Assembly: GCA_964016885.1 (NCBI GenBank)
Contig: OZ024742.1
Coordinates: 237,584,001 to 237,648,000 of the forward strand
Length of the DNA: 64,000 bases
Reading direction: 5' to 3'
DNA from: Eledone cirrhosa
Taxonomy: Eukaryota
Position 1 is the first letter of the stretch. Each line of letters begins with the position of its first letter. This document shows, piece after piece, positions 13,538 through 24,583 of this stretch. Both the position numbers and the translations under genes were made by a program. The notes under the pieces are model-generated. The model ran no database searches and was not told the origin of the DNA. It saw only the letters and a program-made list of their open reading frames with translations.

Positions 13538-13896
13538 TCTAAACTATAATAAAGTAAGAAGCGCGGGCCTGCGTACGGTTATAATTTTTTATCCCATTAG
13601 TAAAATAAGTTGGATTACTTTGAATAAATAATGAATGAATATTACATAATTTATCTACGAAATTTCGTGGCTGTTCATTAAATATATTTTATTACTTATT
13701 TAAAGATTCACTTCTTTAAACTTTTAAAATGTCAGCACCTCCGGTTAGCGATCGTTTAAGTAAATATTCATATATTTCTGTCACTAATTTTCTCCTAATG
13801 CAGTTTATATATAATATGGTCTTTTTTAAATGTATCATGGATTACGTTACGGATTACAGAAGACAGTGTAACACCGAAGGGTGTTTTTTCTGCTAG
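13538..13896 (+). mobile_element. Non-autonomous Helitron (family N, copy 1)
   Basis: A|TCTAAACTATAATAAAG 5' end and GGGTGTTTTTTCTGCTAG|T 3' end; homologous to 29229-31634 and 36568-37222. Confidence 0.7.
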
Positions 13897-14405
13897 TATT
13901 AGTAATTAATTCAGTCAAATTATTCTGTTAAAACAAAATTATATTGAATTAAAGGTTTCCAAATACATAGGAGTAGCAATCAATGCCATTTGAATTTTAG
14001 AATACTGCAAAATTTATAGAAATTATATATATTATATTTCGGATATTATTTATGGGATGACCTATAGATATACAAAACCACATGAAAGACACAGAACTGC
14101 ATGGTCATCGGCCGTTGAGATGGACTTAAGCAGTTTCGACCCCTACCAACGGTACTGCTGGTCCATACAGAATCACGCTGTCCAAAGGACTAAGAGATGA
14201 AAGACGAAACATCAATATATAGCAGAGAGAGAGAGAGAGGGAGAGAGAGAGAGAGAGAGAGAGAGTCTTTGTAGCTGAGACCGAGAAAACCATATATCAT
14301 GAGAGTACTCAATGCATAGGGAGATGCAGAGTGGATACAGAGATAAATATAATTCCGACTGCGGTGCCAAGCGACCCGGATGATACCTATCTCTCCCCCT
14401 CTCTC

Positions 14406-14476
<71 letters not shown>

Positions 14477-14732
14477 AGATTTGAATGGATACAGTTTAGT
14501 TGAAAGGAATTTATTGACACGTGTTTCTATCTCTAATCCTTCTATAGATTTAGAAAAATAACCAATAATATATTCTATAAAAAATGTCAAAACAACAGAT
14601 GGGAATCTAATTACTCACTGCCACCAAGAATTCTCACTGCTATCGAAAAACCACTCCTTCAACTATTCTTCTAACAACTTCACCCCTCCCTCCTAATATT
14701 CTCTATAAAAACTAAATAGGTCCTCAGTAATA

Positions 14733-14849
14733 TTATTCTGATGAAATGACAGTAAATAATAACATTGAAATATTGAATGTCTGCATAACTAAAAGTTTGT
14801 AGATAGCTGTTTTAGGTTATGTAACTGTTATAGAAACACGTGTCAATAA
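14733..14849 (+). ncRNA. Type I hammerhead ribozyme with an approximately 88-nt stem II, in a Penelope-like pLTR
   Basis: TTATT-CTGATGA-a-ATGACAGT...ACTGTTAT-a-GAAAC-ACGT-GTC-AATAA; inverted copy of 14830-14889 at 14471-14530. Confidence 0.75.
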
Positions 14850-14996
14850 ATTCCTTTCAACTAAACTGTATCCATTCAAATCTTTCTATTTTTCTCCGGA
14901 TTACTTTTGGAACTACAACTGGAACCGTCGAGCAAACTCTACGTGAGCTGATAATCTACTGTGTGTAATATTTATATTACAACACAACGGAAAATA

Positions 14997-15051
<55 letters not shown>

Positions 15052-15140
15052 CCTGCTACTCAACTAATATATATATATATATATGTATATATATGTGTGT
15101 GTGTGTGTGTGCTGTGTGTGTGTGTGTGCCTGCTACTCAA

Positions 15141-15175
<35 letters not shown>

Positions 15176-15222
15176 GTAGGTCCCGGGTTGAGTCGGGGAT
15201 AACCACAGTAAGTAAGGTACTC

Positions 15223-15273
15223 AGCTTCCTGAAGATTTCATCTGAACGAAACAGTACTAGTCCTGTAGAAGCT
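15223..15273 (+). ncRNA. Degenerate hammerhead motif
   Basis: AGCTTC-CTGAAGA-tTTCAtcTGAAc-GAAAC-AGTACTA-GTC-ctgta-GAAGCT. Confidence 0.4.
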
Positions 15274-15281
15274 CCTTCTAT

Positions 15282-15323
<42 letters not shown>

Positions 15324-15481
15324 GTAGGAAAGTAACAGAAGTCAGCAGTCAGCCAACTAACAGAGAAAGAAGGACAAACACGGACAGAGGTATGAACTTA
15401 CCTCTCTAAATATGTATGAAAAAACTAATAATTTTTCTCCCCCTTTTTATTATTCGTATAAATATGCAACATAATGCATAT

Positions 15482-15530
15482 CCGCAGTTGAAAAAGCATA
15501 CAATGCTGAAACCGGTATTATTAAATGCGG
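15482..15530 (+). ncRNA. Hammerhead motif with U3-A8 core, weak stem I
   Basis: TTGAAAA-AGCAT-aca-ATGCT-GAAAC-CG-GTA; distal CCGCA/TGCGG pairing. Confidence 0.4.
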
Positions 15531-15620
15531 AAATATCCACTTTATAAATAAATAAATATTTTGATATTATACTGAAAAAATCTCTTCAGCATTTTCTACT
15601 GAAAAAATCTTTTTCCTCTC

Positions 15621-15648
<28 letters not shown>

Positions 15649-15651
<3 letters not shown>

Positions 15652-15764
15652 GGAACAATTATGACCCCGACGGCAGAGCTCAAGCCGTTTCGACGGCTAA
15701 TTCTGGACAGAATTAGCGGTCGAAACGGCTTGAGCTCCGCCGTCGGGGTCATACTTGTTCCTAT
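15649..15764. repeat. Near-perfect foldback with 57-bp arms, made of a hammerhead 3' half
   Basis: Arms 15649-15705 and 15708-15764; the right arm reads GAAAC-GGC...GCC-GTC-GGGGTCAT. Confidence 0.8.
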
Positions 15765-15840
15765 TACCCACTCTACTACCCTAAGTATTGAGTACTTTGG
15801 TGTGTTATGGTCCATCTGGTTCCTTACCACATTTCCTTCG

Positions 15841-15885
<45 letters not shown>

Positions 15886-16035
15886 AACAAATAGTAGAGA
15901 GGAAAAAGATTTTATATACATGTATATAAAATGTATGTGTATGTATACATACATACGCGTGTATGTATATATGTATATGTGTGAAATATTTTTAATATGC
16001 GTGCACATATTATACAGCGTTCTAGTGTGTGACAG

Positions 16036-16162
16036 AAAAGCGAGATACACAATCTGGACAAATGTCAATAACCCTGAAACAATATTACTGTCGATCTTTT
16101 CTCTCTGCCCCCGCTATAACAAAAGGATGACGATAGTCGTCGAAAACAAATATCTTAATGAG
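16036..16162 (+). CDS. Candidate internal host exon (KARYTIWTNVNNPETILLSIFSLCPRYNKRMTIVVENKYLNE)
   Basis: GACAG| acceptor and GAG|GTTGTT donor, both weak; phase-compatible with 12099-12193. Confidence 0.2.
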
Positions 16163-16203
16163 GTTGTTTAATACGAATCGAATATTATTATTATCCGGTA
16201 TAA

Positions 16204-16614
16204 GGGCGGTGAATTGGCAGTATCGGTAGAGGGTAGAGAGTCGGACATGCTTTCCAGCATAGTTACGTCCCTTTAAGATCTGAGTTCAAATACCGCCGAA
16301 GTTAACTTGGCCTTTCATCCTTACGGGGTCGATAAAATAAAGTACCAGTAATGTACTGGAATAATTGCTGGCCTTGTGCCAAAAGTAGAAACAATTATCA
16401 TCCGGTATAAGGGCGGTGAATTGGCAGTATCAGTAGAGGGTCGGACGCCATGCTTTGCAGCAGAGTTACGGCTCTTTATGATCTGAGCTCAAATCTCGCC
16501 GAGGTTAACTTTGCCTTTCATCCTTATGGGGTCGGTAAAATAAAGTACCAGTCACGCACTGGGTCAATTTTCCCCTCCCCATAAATTACTGGCCTTGTGT
16601 CTATATAAGAAACC
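16204..16614 (+). mobile_element. Two head-to-tail SINEs (family A): 16204-16393 and 16411-16614
   Basis: Both start GGGCGGTGAATTGGCAG (A box) and carry the B box and central domain; a 17-bp target motif occurs three times. Confidence 0.9.
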
Positions 16615-16685
16615 ATTATTATCCGGTATAAAACTCACGAATGCATTTACGTATCCGCTATGCTAGAGCGAAAATTAATTTTTCT

Positions 16686-16717
<32 letters not shown>

Positions 16718-16759
16718 TTATATATATTATATTTATATATATTATATATATATATATTA

Positions 16760-16833
<74 letters not shown>

Positions 16834-16879
16834 ATATTATATTTATATATATTATATTTATATATATTATATATATATA

Positions 16880-16922
<43 letters not shown>

Positions 16923-17448
16923 ATATTATATATATATATTATATATATATATATTATATATATTATATATATATATATATTATATATATATATATATACA
17001 GACATGCATATCACTCGCTCTATCCATACCCTCTCTACTTTCTCCCTCACAACCCTTACTCCTCTATATTTCTACTCCACCACACGCTCTTAAATCAGTA
17101 CATCATTCCATGTTGATCCACATTCATTCAAAAGAGGATTTCACCACGTAATGCTTTGCATTTGTAAAATGAACAGCTTAGCAGTAAAAACACCAAACCA
17201 GACGTCAGCATATATTTACAATTCTAATAAAAGGTTGCTGCGTATTTTCTACAGTTATTTTCCATTTAATATATATTTCTGGTAGGACTTGTCATATACA
17301 ACAAATAGAAGGCACACAAAGAGAAAAATAAACTACATATATACATATCTGTGTGTGTGTGCATATACCCCAAAATGTATACACACTTTGATTACCTGTA
17401 CAGGCAATATTTATTAGAATGGCGTTGAAGTGTGTATACATTTTCTGG

Positions 17449-17486
<38 letters not shown>

Positions 17487-17608
17487 GTGCGTGTGTGTGT
17501 GTATGTATATACATATATGTATATATATATAATATTAAACGAAAAATCAGTGATGCATCTGGACTCAGTTTATTGTGTGTTACATATATATATAATATAT
17601 ATATATAT

Positions 17609-17688
<80 letters not shown>

Positions 17689-17929
17689 GAACTTAGAATA
17701 TTCTATTATATATGGCTTCATAACACAATAAAATCATCACAATACAATATGAAGGATGAATTGCATATGTATGTATGTGTGTACGTATGCTCTTCTGGTT
17801 TTAGAGAGAGAGAGTCGGTTTCTAACATAGAAACAAGTCTCTTTCATTAGAATTTAGTCAACATCAACTAGGTAGATATGTATGCATATCTGCATGCGTG
17901 CGTGTGTGCAGATGTGAATGTTATTGGAG

Positions 17930-20290
17930 AAACAGGGGAACTGAATTAATTCAAGTCTTGGGGTTTGGGCTATGTATTTGTCTGTGTGTTTTTTTATTAT
18001 TCCTAGAGCACCTATTATTATAGGTATTGTTTCTGTTTTCATTTTCTTCATTCGAGTTATTTCTATCTCTAGATTTTTATATTTGGAGACTTTCTCTATT
18101 TCCTTGGAAGATATATTGTCGTCTGTGGGGATAGATACATCTATTAGAAGGCATTTTTTTCTTCTTTGTAGTCTTTGACATCTGGTCGGTTGGCCTTGAT
18201 CTCTCTGTCTGTATGCATTGGCATATTCCAATTCTCTGACACTTTTTCTGGTGTATGCTTGTACCATCCTTTTTCTGTTAGTATTTCATAATGCTGGCAT
18301 AATTTCCAGTGTATGAAGGTCCCAACTCTTTTATGCCCGTGGATATATTCTTTTTTGGCTAGAGTTGAGCACCCAGAGACTATGTGGTTGACTGTTTCTT
18401 CCCTATCTCCACATATTCTACAGTTACGTATTGTGCTTTGTTTCATTATGTACTCCTGGTGGGTAGACTCTGGTCCTGCGCTGCAAGTAGAAATCTTTCT
18501 GTCTCAGTTTTTAGTCCAGTGCTTCAGAGCCAGTTTTGTGTGTTTTCGTTTTCTACTTCCCTTCTATTTAGCTTTTGGGGGTATTGGCCGTGTAAGGATT
18601 TCTATTGCCATCGTTTTAACATGGCATTCTGGATGTCAGTTTTCAATTTAAATTTTATGTCTTTCACAATTTTTGTTGTTGTATTTTCTTTGTTTTAATT
18701 TTCCTCACAATTATCTGTTGGTCCAGTATCTGATTTGAATTTTTTTGGCTTCCTTGTAGACCAAGAAGATGTTTTTGTTTTGTGAATCCGTGTATAGTTT
18801 GTAGCAGTGTTTGGAGTTGATTTTCATTTGTAGCATCCATATACAGGAGATGGTTAATTTTCCTATTGTAGCATTTATACCCTAGCCCAGTTCTGTTTAG
18901 TGTTTCAGATAGTCGTATTAATGCTAGGCAGAAAAGCAGTGGTGATAGAGAGTCCCCTTGAAATATGCCTCTGTTGATTGGGATAGGCTTTTTTTTATTG
19001 TTTTAACCTTTGTTTGTATAAGCAGAATTGATTGCCATTTACTCATGGCATGTTTGATAAATATTATTTTAGCTGATAATCTATTAATGGCTAGTGTGTT
19101 GAGTATCCATGTATGGGGAACACTGTCAAACTCTTTTTGGTAATCAATCCAAGCCATGTTGAGTTTTTTTTTTTTTTTCAGTTTTCAGTTATGGCTTTAA
19201 TTATTAATAACTGGTCTTTGCATCCATATGAGCCTCTGTGGCATACTTTCTGCTCTTCTGGGATCAGGTTGTTTTTTTCTTCTTCCAGGTGTTTGGTTAT
19301 ATTCTGTGATAGTATTAAAGTTATGGTTTTGAATGTAGTAGGCAAGCTTGTTAGGGGTGTGTAATTTTGGGGGTTTGCTATGTCATTATTTTTGGGGATC
19401 AGGGTCGTTTACCCCTTAGTGAGCCAATCAGGTGCTTTTCTGGTTCTATCATTATTCCATTAAATTTCTATGCAAGCATATGTGTCCCTGTTAAATATTT
19501 TAACCAGAAGTTGAGGATCTTGTCATGTAGTGGTGCCTTCCAGCTGCTTGTCCCTCTCAGTGTAATAGACACATCATCTGCTCTTGTTAGCTTTGTGCAT
19601 GGTAATTTCTTTTCACCTTCTGCCCATATTCTTCTCCACAACTCTTCCACTTCTTTTACTTTTGGGGTTGCAGTGAAACAGCTAATTTTGTTTAAAAAGC
19701 TTTTGGCACTTTTTATATCTCCGGATTCTTTGTGACTTTGCCAATATTTGTTGTTTTAGGCTTTCCTCGGTGTTTAGGATTTACTTTTCTGTTATGTTAT
19801 GTTATATATGTTTAGTGTTTTTATTTGTTTCCCTGTTCTTAGTTTTATTGTTTTTTCCCCTATTTCATTTAAGATTGAGAGATATTTTCTTTTATTTTCT
19901 ATCTTTTTTGTATCTTTGATTTCCACGCTTGTGTGAGTTTTGTTTTTCTTGCTTCTATAGTTCTAAGAGGGTAACCACTTTCTTTTGTAACAACAGTGGC
20001 TGCTGCATATATTACATTATTTAAATCTGTGATATTAGTGATTTTATTCATATATATTAAGTCTGTGATGGCTAGGTTAGCTTTTTTTTATAAGGGTTGC
20101 TACTTTATTGTTCATTTTTATGTTTGGAAAATTTACTCTTTGGTCCATAGGGGAATTGCCTATTGTTTCCAGTACTCGAACTATTTCCTTCTTTATCTTA
20201 TTGTAATCTTGAATTTCGTCTTTAGGGGTTATTTTCTTTTCATCTGTATTTTTGGTTGTGTTGTCTGGAATCGGTTTTTGTTGGTTAGCA
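17930..20290 (-). mobile_element. Degenerate R4/Dong-clade non-LTR retrotransposon (RT, CCHC finger, RLE)
   Basis: MAWIDYQKEFDSVPHTW, YFKGTL(SP), CRICGDREETVNHIVSGC, ANRPD, LLIDVSIPTD...EKVSKY, PIIIGALG. Confidence 0.85.
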
Positions 20291-20805
20291 CTTTTCATAT
20301 CTTACACTTCCACGCTACATAATATTCCAATCATTCTATTCCCATCTTATTCTGCCAATTCCACCAATCTTTTCCTCTTCATCTTCTTCACTACCGCCTT
20401 TCACACACATACCAACCTTCATCGTAATCACCGACAAGATTCTTATCATAGTTGTATTCTTTCCTGTATGGCCACGCTGACCCAATTCATTGTAAATATC
20501 TATTTCAACTGATCAACCTTTAAAAACTATTGAGGAAAATTAACAGAGAGAAAAGGCAACGAACGAAAACAAGTCAAAACGAAAAACACACCTTCTTTAC
20601 ATACCCTTACTCCCTCCTTTTCACCCTACTGCCACCGCCATCTTTTACACTCTATTTTCATCCTATTAGTCACTCACTTCAATTAACTCTTCCTCTTTCA
20701 GGATTTCTTTTCCCAAGTGTGTGTGTGGGCATGTTTATGTATGACTTTCATATTAAAAATATCTCTGTGTACAGAACCTCAGTATCATTATTATATCTTA
20801 TAAAG

Positions 20806-20978
20806 GGTGGTGGATTGACAGTATCGGTAGAGGGTCGGACGCCATGCTTTACAGTCTGAGTTCAAATCCCACCGAGGTTAATTTTACCTTTCATCCTTAC
20901 GGGGTCGATAAAATAAAGTACCAGTAATGCACTGGGATAATTGTTGGCCTTGTGCCAAAAGTAGAAACAATTATTATT
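20806..20978 (+). mobile_element. SINE family A with (ATT)n tail
   Basis: Homologous to the copy at 16204. Confidence 0.85.
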
Positions 20979-21139
20979 GCTTATGAATTGTTTTATATTT
21001 GAGGGGCATACACCACTCACGGCTCCACTGTCACCGTTGCACCCTATTACCCGTCTTAGGGACGGAAAAATGTTTTAACGTGATCATAACTTATTGCCTT
21101 CTTTGTGAATATTCTGTCTTAATCCACATGAATTGTACA

Positions 21140-21806
21140 CAGCTTCTCAGGAAGCCTGCGCAGTACACGCTACATGTAAATGTAGCTCCACTGGAACAGG
21201 TAGAGAAGTTCAAGCATCTCGGGGCCGTGTTCACGACGATGGAAGGCAAGAAGCTGAATTAAGTGCAAGAATTGCAGCAGTTAGTGTAGTAATGGGCTAG
21301 CTTTAGCATGACCTATGGTCATGAATCTTGGGTAACGACTCAAAGAATATGATCGCGAATACAATCGGCCGAAATGGGGTTCCTCCGAAGAGTAGGAGTA
21401 ACGTTACTCGATAAAGTGTGTAGCTCGGAGATCAGAGGGTCACTCCAGGTAGAGCCGCTACTTCTCTGAATTGAGAGATCACAGCTCCGATATTATAGGC
21501 ATGTTGTTAGAATGCCTCAGGAACGAATCACTAGACAGATTTCGTGGGCAAAACCAACTGGCAGGAGGCCCAAGTGTAGACACCGAGCAAGATGTTTGGA
21601 TAACATCCATGAGCTTGGCTGGTCTCGATTGGGGATCCAGTCGGATCAGTTGGAGATAGTTGCTTCTGACAGAATCCACTGGAAGAAGTGTTTGAGGACT
21701 CAGCCCCCACGACCATCTCGGGTATAAGTGGGTGAAGAAGAAGAAGAAGAAGAAGAAGAAGAAGAAGAAGAAGAAGAAGAAGAAGAAGAAGAAGAAGAAG
21801 AAGAAG
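21140..21806 (+). mobile_element. RTE-clade LINE 3' fragment with (AAG)n tail
   Basis: LEQVEKFKHLG, TYGHESW, QLRYYRHVVRMPQER, GRRPK; (AAG)n at 21734-21806. Related copies at 30855-31515 (+) and 23613-23875 (-). Confidence 0.8.
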
Positions 21807-21844
21807 ATAAATGATGATAAATCGACAGGCTTGGCTCTGAATAT

Positions 21845-21895
<51 letters not shown>

Positions 21896-21903
<8 letters not shown>

Positions 21904-22391
21904 TAAACGGAAAAGAAAATGCTGACAAATTGTTCACAATGAAAAATAGTTTAATTAGGAATAAGTGAGAATTAGTAATAGTATTGGTTAGTATTCAGTT
22001 TTGGTTTTAAGTTATCAATTTTTAACATTCACATGACCTCTACCGACCAATCAAAATTGTTTTGACCACAAGAAATTTTGCAACACGAATTGGCGCGAAA
22101 CTTATTTTAATACCGCTGGAGCCACTTTTTTCACATAAAAACAGGTAGAATTTCCAAAACTAATCAGATTAGAGCAAACATCACAGACGCTCTATCTCAA
22201 AATTATTTTTGAAAAGCATTAGAAATGCGCAACCCTTAAAACTTAAAACCAAAACTTAATACTAACCAATACTATTACTAATTCTCACTTATTCCTAATT
22301 AAACTATTTTTCACTGTGAACAATTTGTCAGCATTTTCTTTTCCGTTTACCAATATATCATAACTTGTGTGTTACACCTCTATTCTTTTAA
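21896..22391 (+). mobile_element. Penelope-like pLTR fragment with about 120-bp inverted repeats and a variant HHR-like motif (22205-22242)
   Basis: 21896-22012 is inverted at 22240-22357; flanked by (AT)n; homologous to 23231-23553. Confidence 0.5.
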
Positions 22392-22590
<199 letters not shown>

Positions 22591-22606
22591 AGTGTGTGTG
22601 TGTGAG

Positions 22607-22850
22607 GGAGTGTGGCTTAGTGGTTAAGGTATTCTACTCATGATCAAGAGTTCTATTCCAGTCCAATCAACTGCAAAAATATGAGTTGTACCTGTAACTT
22701 AAAGTGCCTGCCATGTCAAATACAGTCTTGCTGAAACTCCCTGAAAACTACGTTAAGGGTGTATGTGTCTATGGAACTCACAGTTAATTTCGTGAGCTGG
22801 CCGTTCTGTTGAACGAATCAACTGGTGCATGCATTGTCAGATCCGACGCA
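22607..22850 (+). mobile_element. tRNA-derived SINE (family B-like)
   Basis: A box GTGGCTTAGTGGTTAAG; 3' body similar to 11760-11935. Confidence 0.55.
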
Positions 22851-23163
22851 GGTCACATACATATGTATATGGATGTGTGTAGATATGTAAAAGACATACA
22901 TAACCAACACGAAGAAGCCAACGCAATTGAAAACAAAACAAAAAGACCGAAAGCCCACTTGGTAATTCCAACAATGACTGGAGATATTCTGAAATACACA
23001 CGCTAATAATAACTACTATGGATTTTTGCGTCGCTTTGAATTCAGAATTAAACGCTAACGAATACAAGAATGAATTAATTTCCTGCTTTGCTTTTCCGTG
23101 ACAAAATTTCTGTAGAGATAAACATTAGATTAGAATATCGTATAATATATTTTAACACTGCCT

Positions 23164-23230
<67 letters not shown>

Positions 23231-23234
<4 letters not shown>

Positions 23235-23553
23235 AAAGAATAGAGGTGTAACACACGAGTCGTGATATATTAGTAAAAGGAAAAGAAAATGCTGACAAAT
23301 TTTTCCCAGTGAAAAATAGTTTAATTAGTAATAAGTATTTGTTAGTATTCAGTTTTAGTTTTAAGTTTTTACCGGTTGCGCATTTCTAATGGTTTTCAAA
23401 AATAATTTTGAGATAGTGCACCCGTGATGTTTAAAAACTTAAAACTAAAACTGAATACTAACCAATACTTATTATTAATTTTTACTTATTCCTAATTAAA
23501 CTATTTTTCTCTTGGAAAAATTTGTCAGTATTTTCTTTTCCTTTTACTAATAT
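23231..23553 (-). mobile_element. Second copy of the same inverted-repeat pLTR-like family (HHR-like motif 23366-23403)
   Basis: Shared AAGAAAATGCTGACAAATT and GTGTTACACCTCTATTCTTTTAAA blocks; internal inverted repeat. Confidence 0.5.
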
Positions 23554-24413
23554 ATATATATATATATATGGTTGACATGTAAAAGACAGATAATACGCAG
23601 ACTAAAAATGTCTCTTCTTCTTCTTCTTCTTCTTCTTCTTCTTCTTCTTCTCCTCCTCCTCCTTCTCCTTCTTCTTCTTCTTCTTCTCAAGATTCATGAC
23701 CATAGATAAGGGTTGGCACGAGTACCGAATTGAAGATAGACCTTTACGCCTACCCACCTTTTCTGATTACTGAACGCTGAAGCAGGCGCATTATTGCACC
23801 AGCTTTTGCAATTCTTGCACGTAATTCAGCCTCTTGCCTTCCATCACTCGTGAACACGGCCCCGATATACTTGAACAAAGTATCAGAACAAAGTTTTTTG
23901 CAGTATATATTTGCGGCATTCTACGTTCTGAGTTCAAATCTCACTGGAATCAACTTTGCATTTCATTATTTCACGGTCAATAAAACAAAGTTCCATCATG
24001 AATTGGGATTGATGTAATCGACTTTCCCACTCACCACAAATTGTTCGCTTTCTGTCTACATTTTTAAGATCACTGTATATTTTTTAAAAATTGGTTATTC
24101 GTTTAGAATATAATATAAACGAAGACGGTGTTACATATTGAGAAGTCAGCATGACCGACAAGACCAGTATGAATGGCGTACAAGCTCACCATCCCGTTTT
24201 TATTTTGTATATTTAAGACTAATGCATCATTCACATGTTTTAAAGATAGTAAAGAGTGATTTGACGATTTGGCTACTATTTCTACAGATTGAGTGACCCC
24301 CCATAGAATCTTCCTCCTTCATACGGAATAGATATTTTGCTGTGTAATGTTTTTGGTTTATTGTGTATTCTATACAACTGAACGAGAAAATTGAAAGTGT
24401 TTCTGAACGCATT

Positions 24414-24524
<111 letters not shown>

Positions 24525-24583
24525 ATATATGACTGTCTATCTACCTATCTATCAGGTAAGTGCCTTTTCTCTTCACCACCAAC

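Noticed and set aside
14118-14174. Minus-strand hammerhead (GACC/GGTC-GAAAC...GTC)
   Set aside because: The core reads CTGTATG and stems I and III are broken; at best a decayed relic.
22837-23114. Minus-strand exon after a CTCTACAG acceptor
   Set aside because: No recognisable protein, no partner exons, and the ORF runs into SINE sequence.
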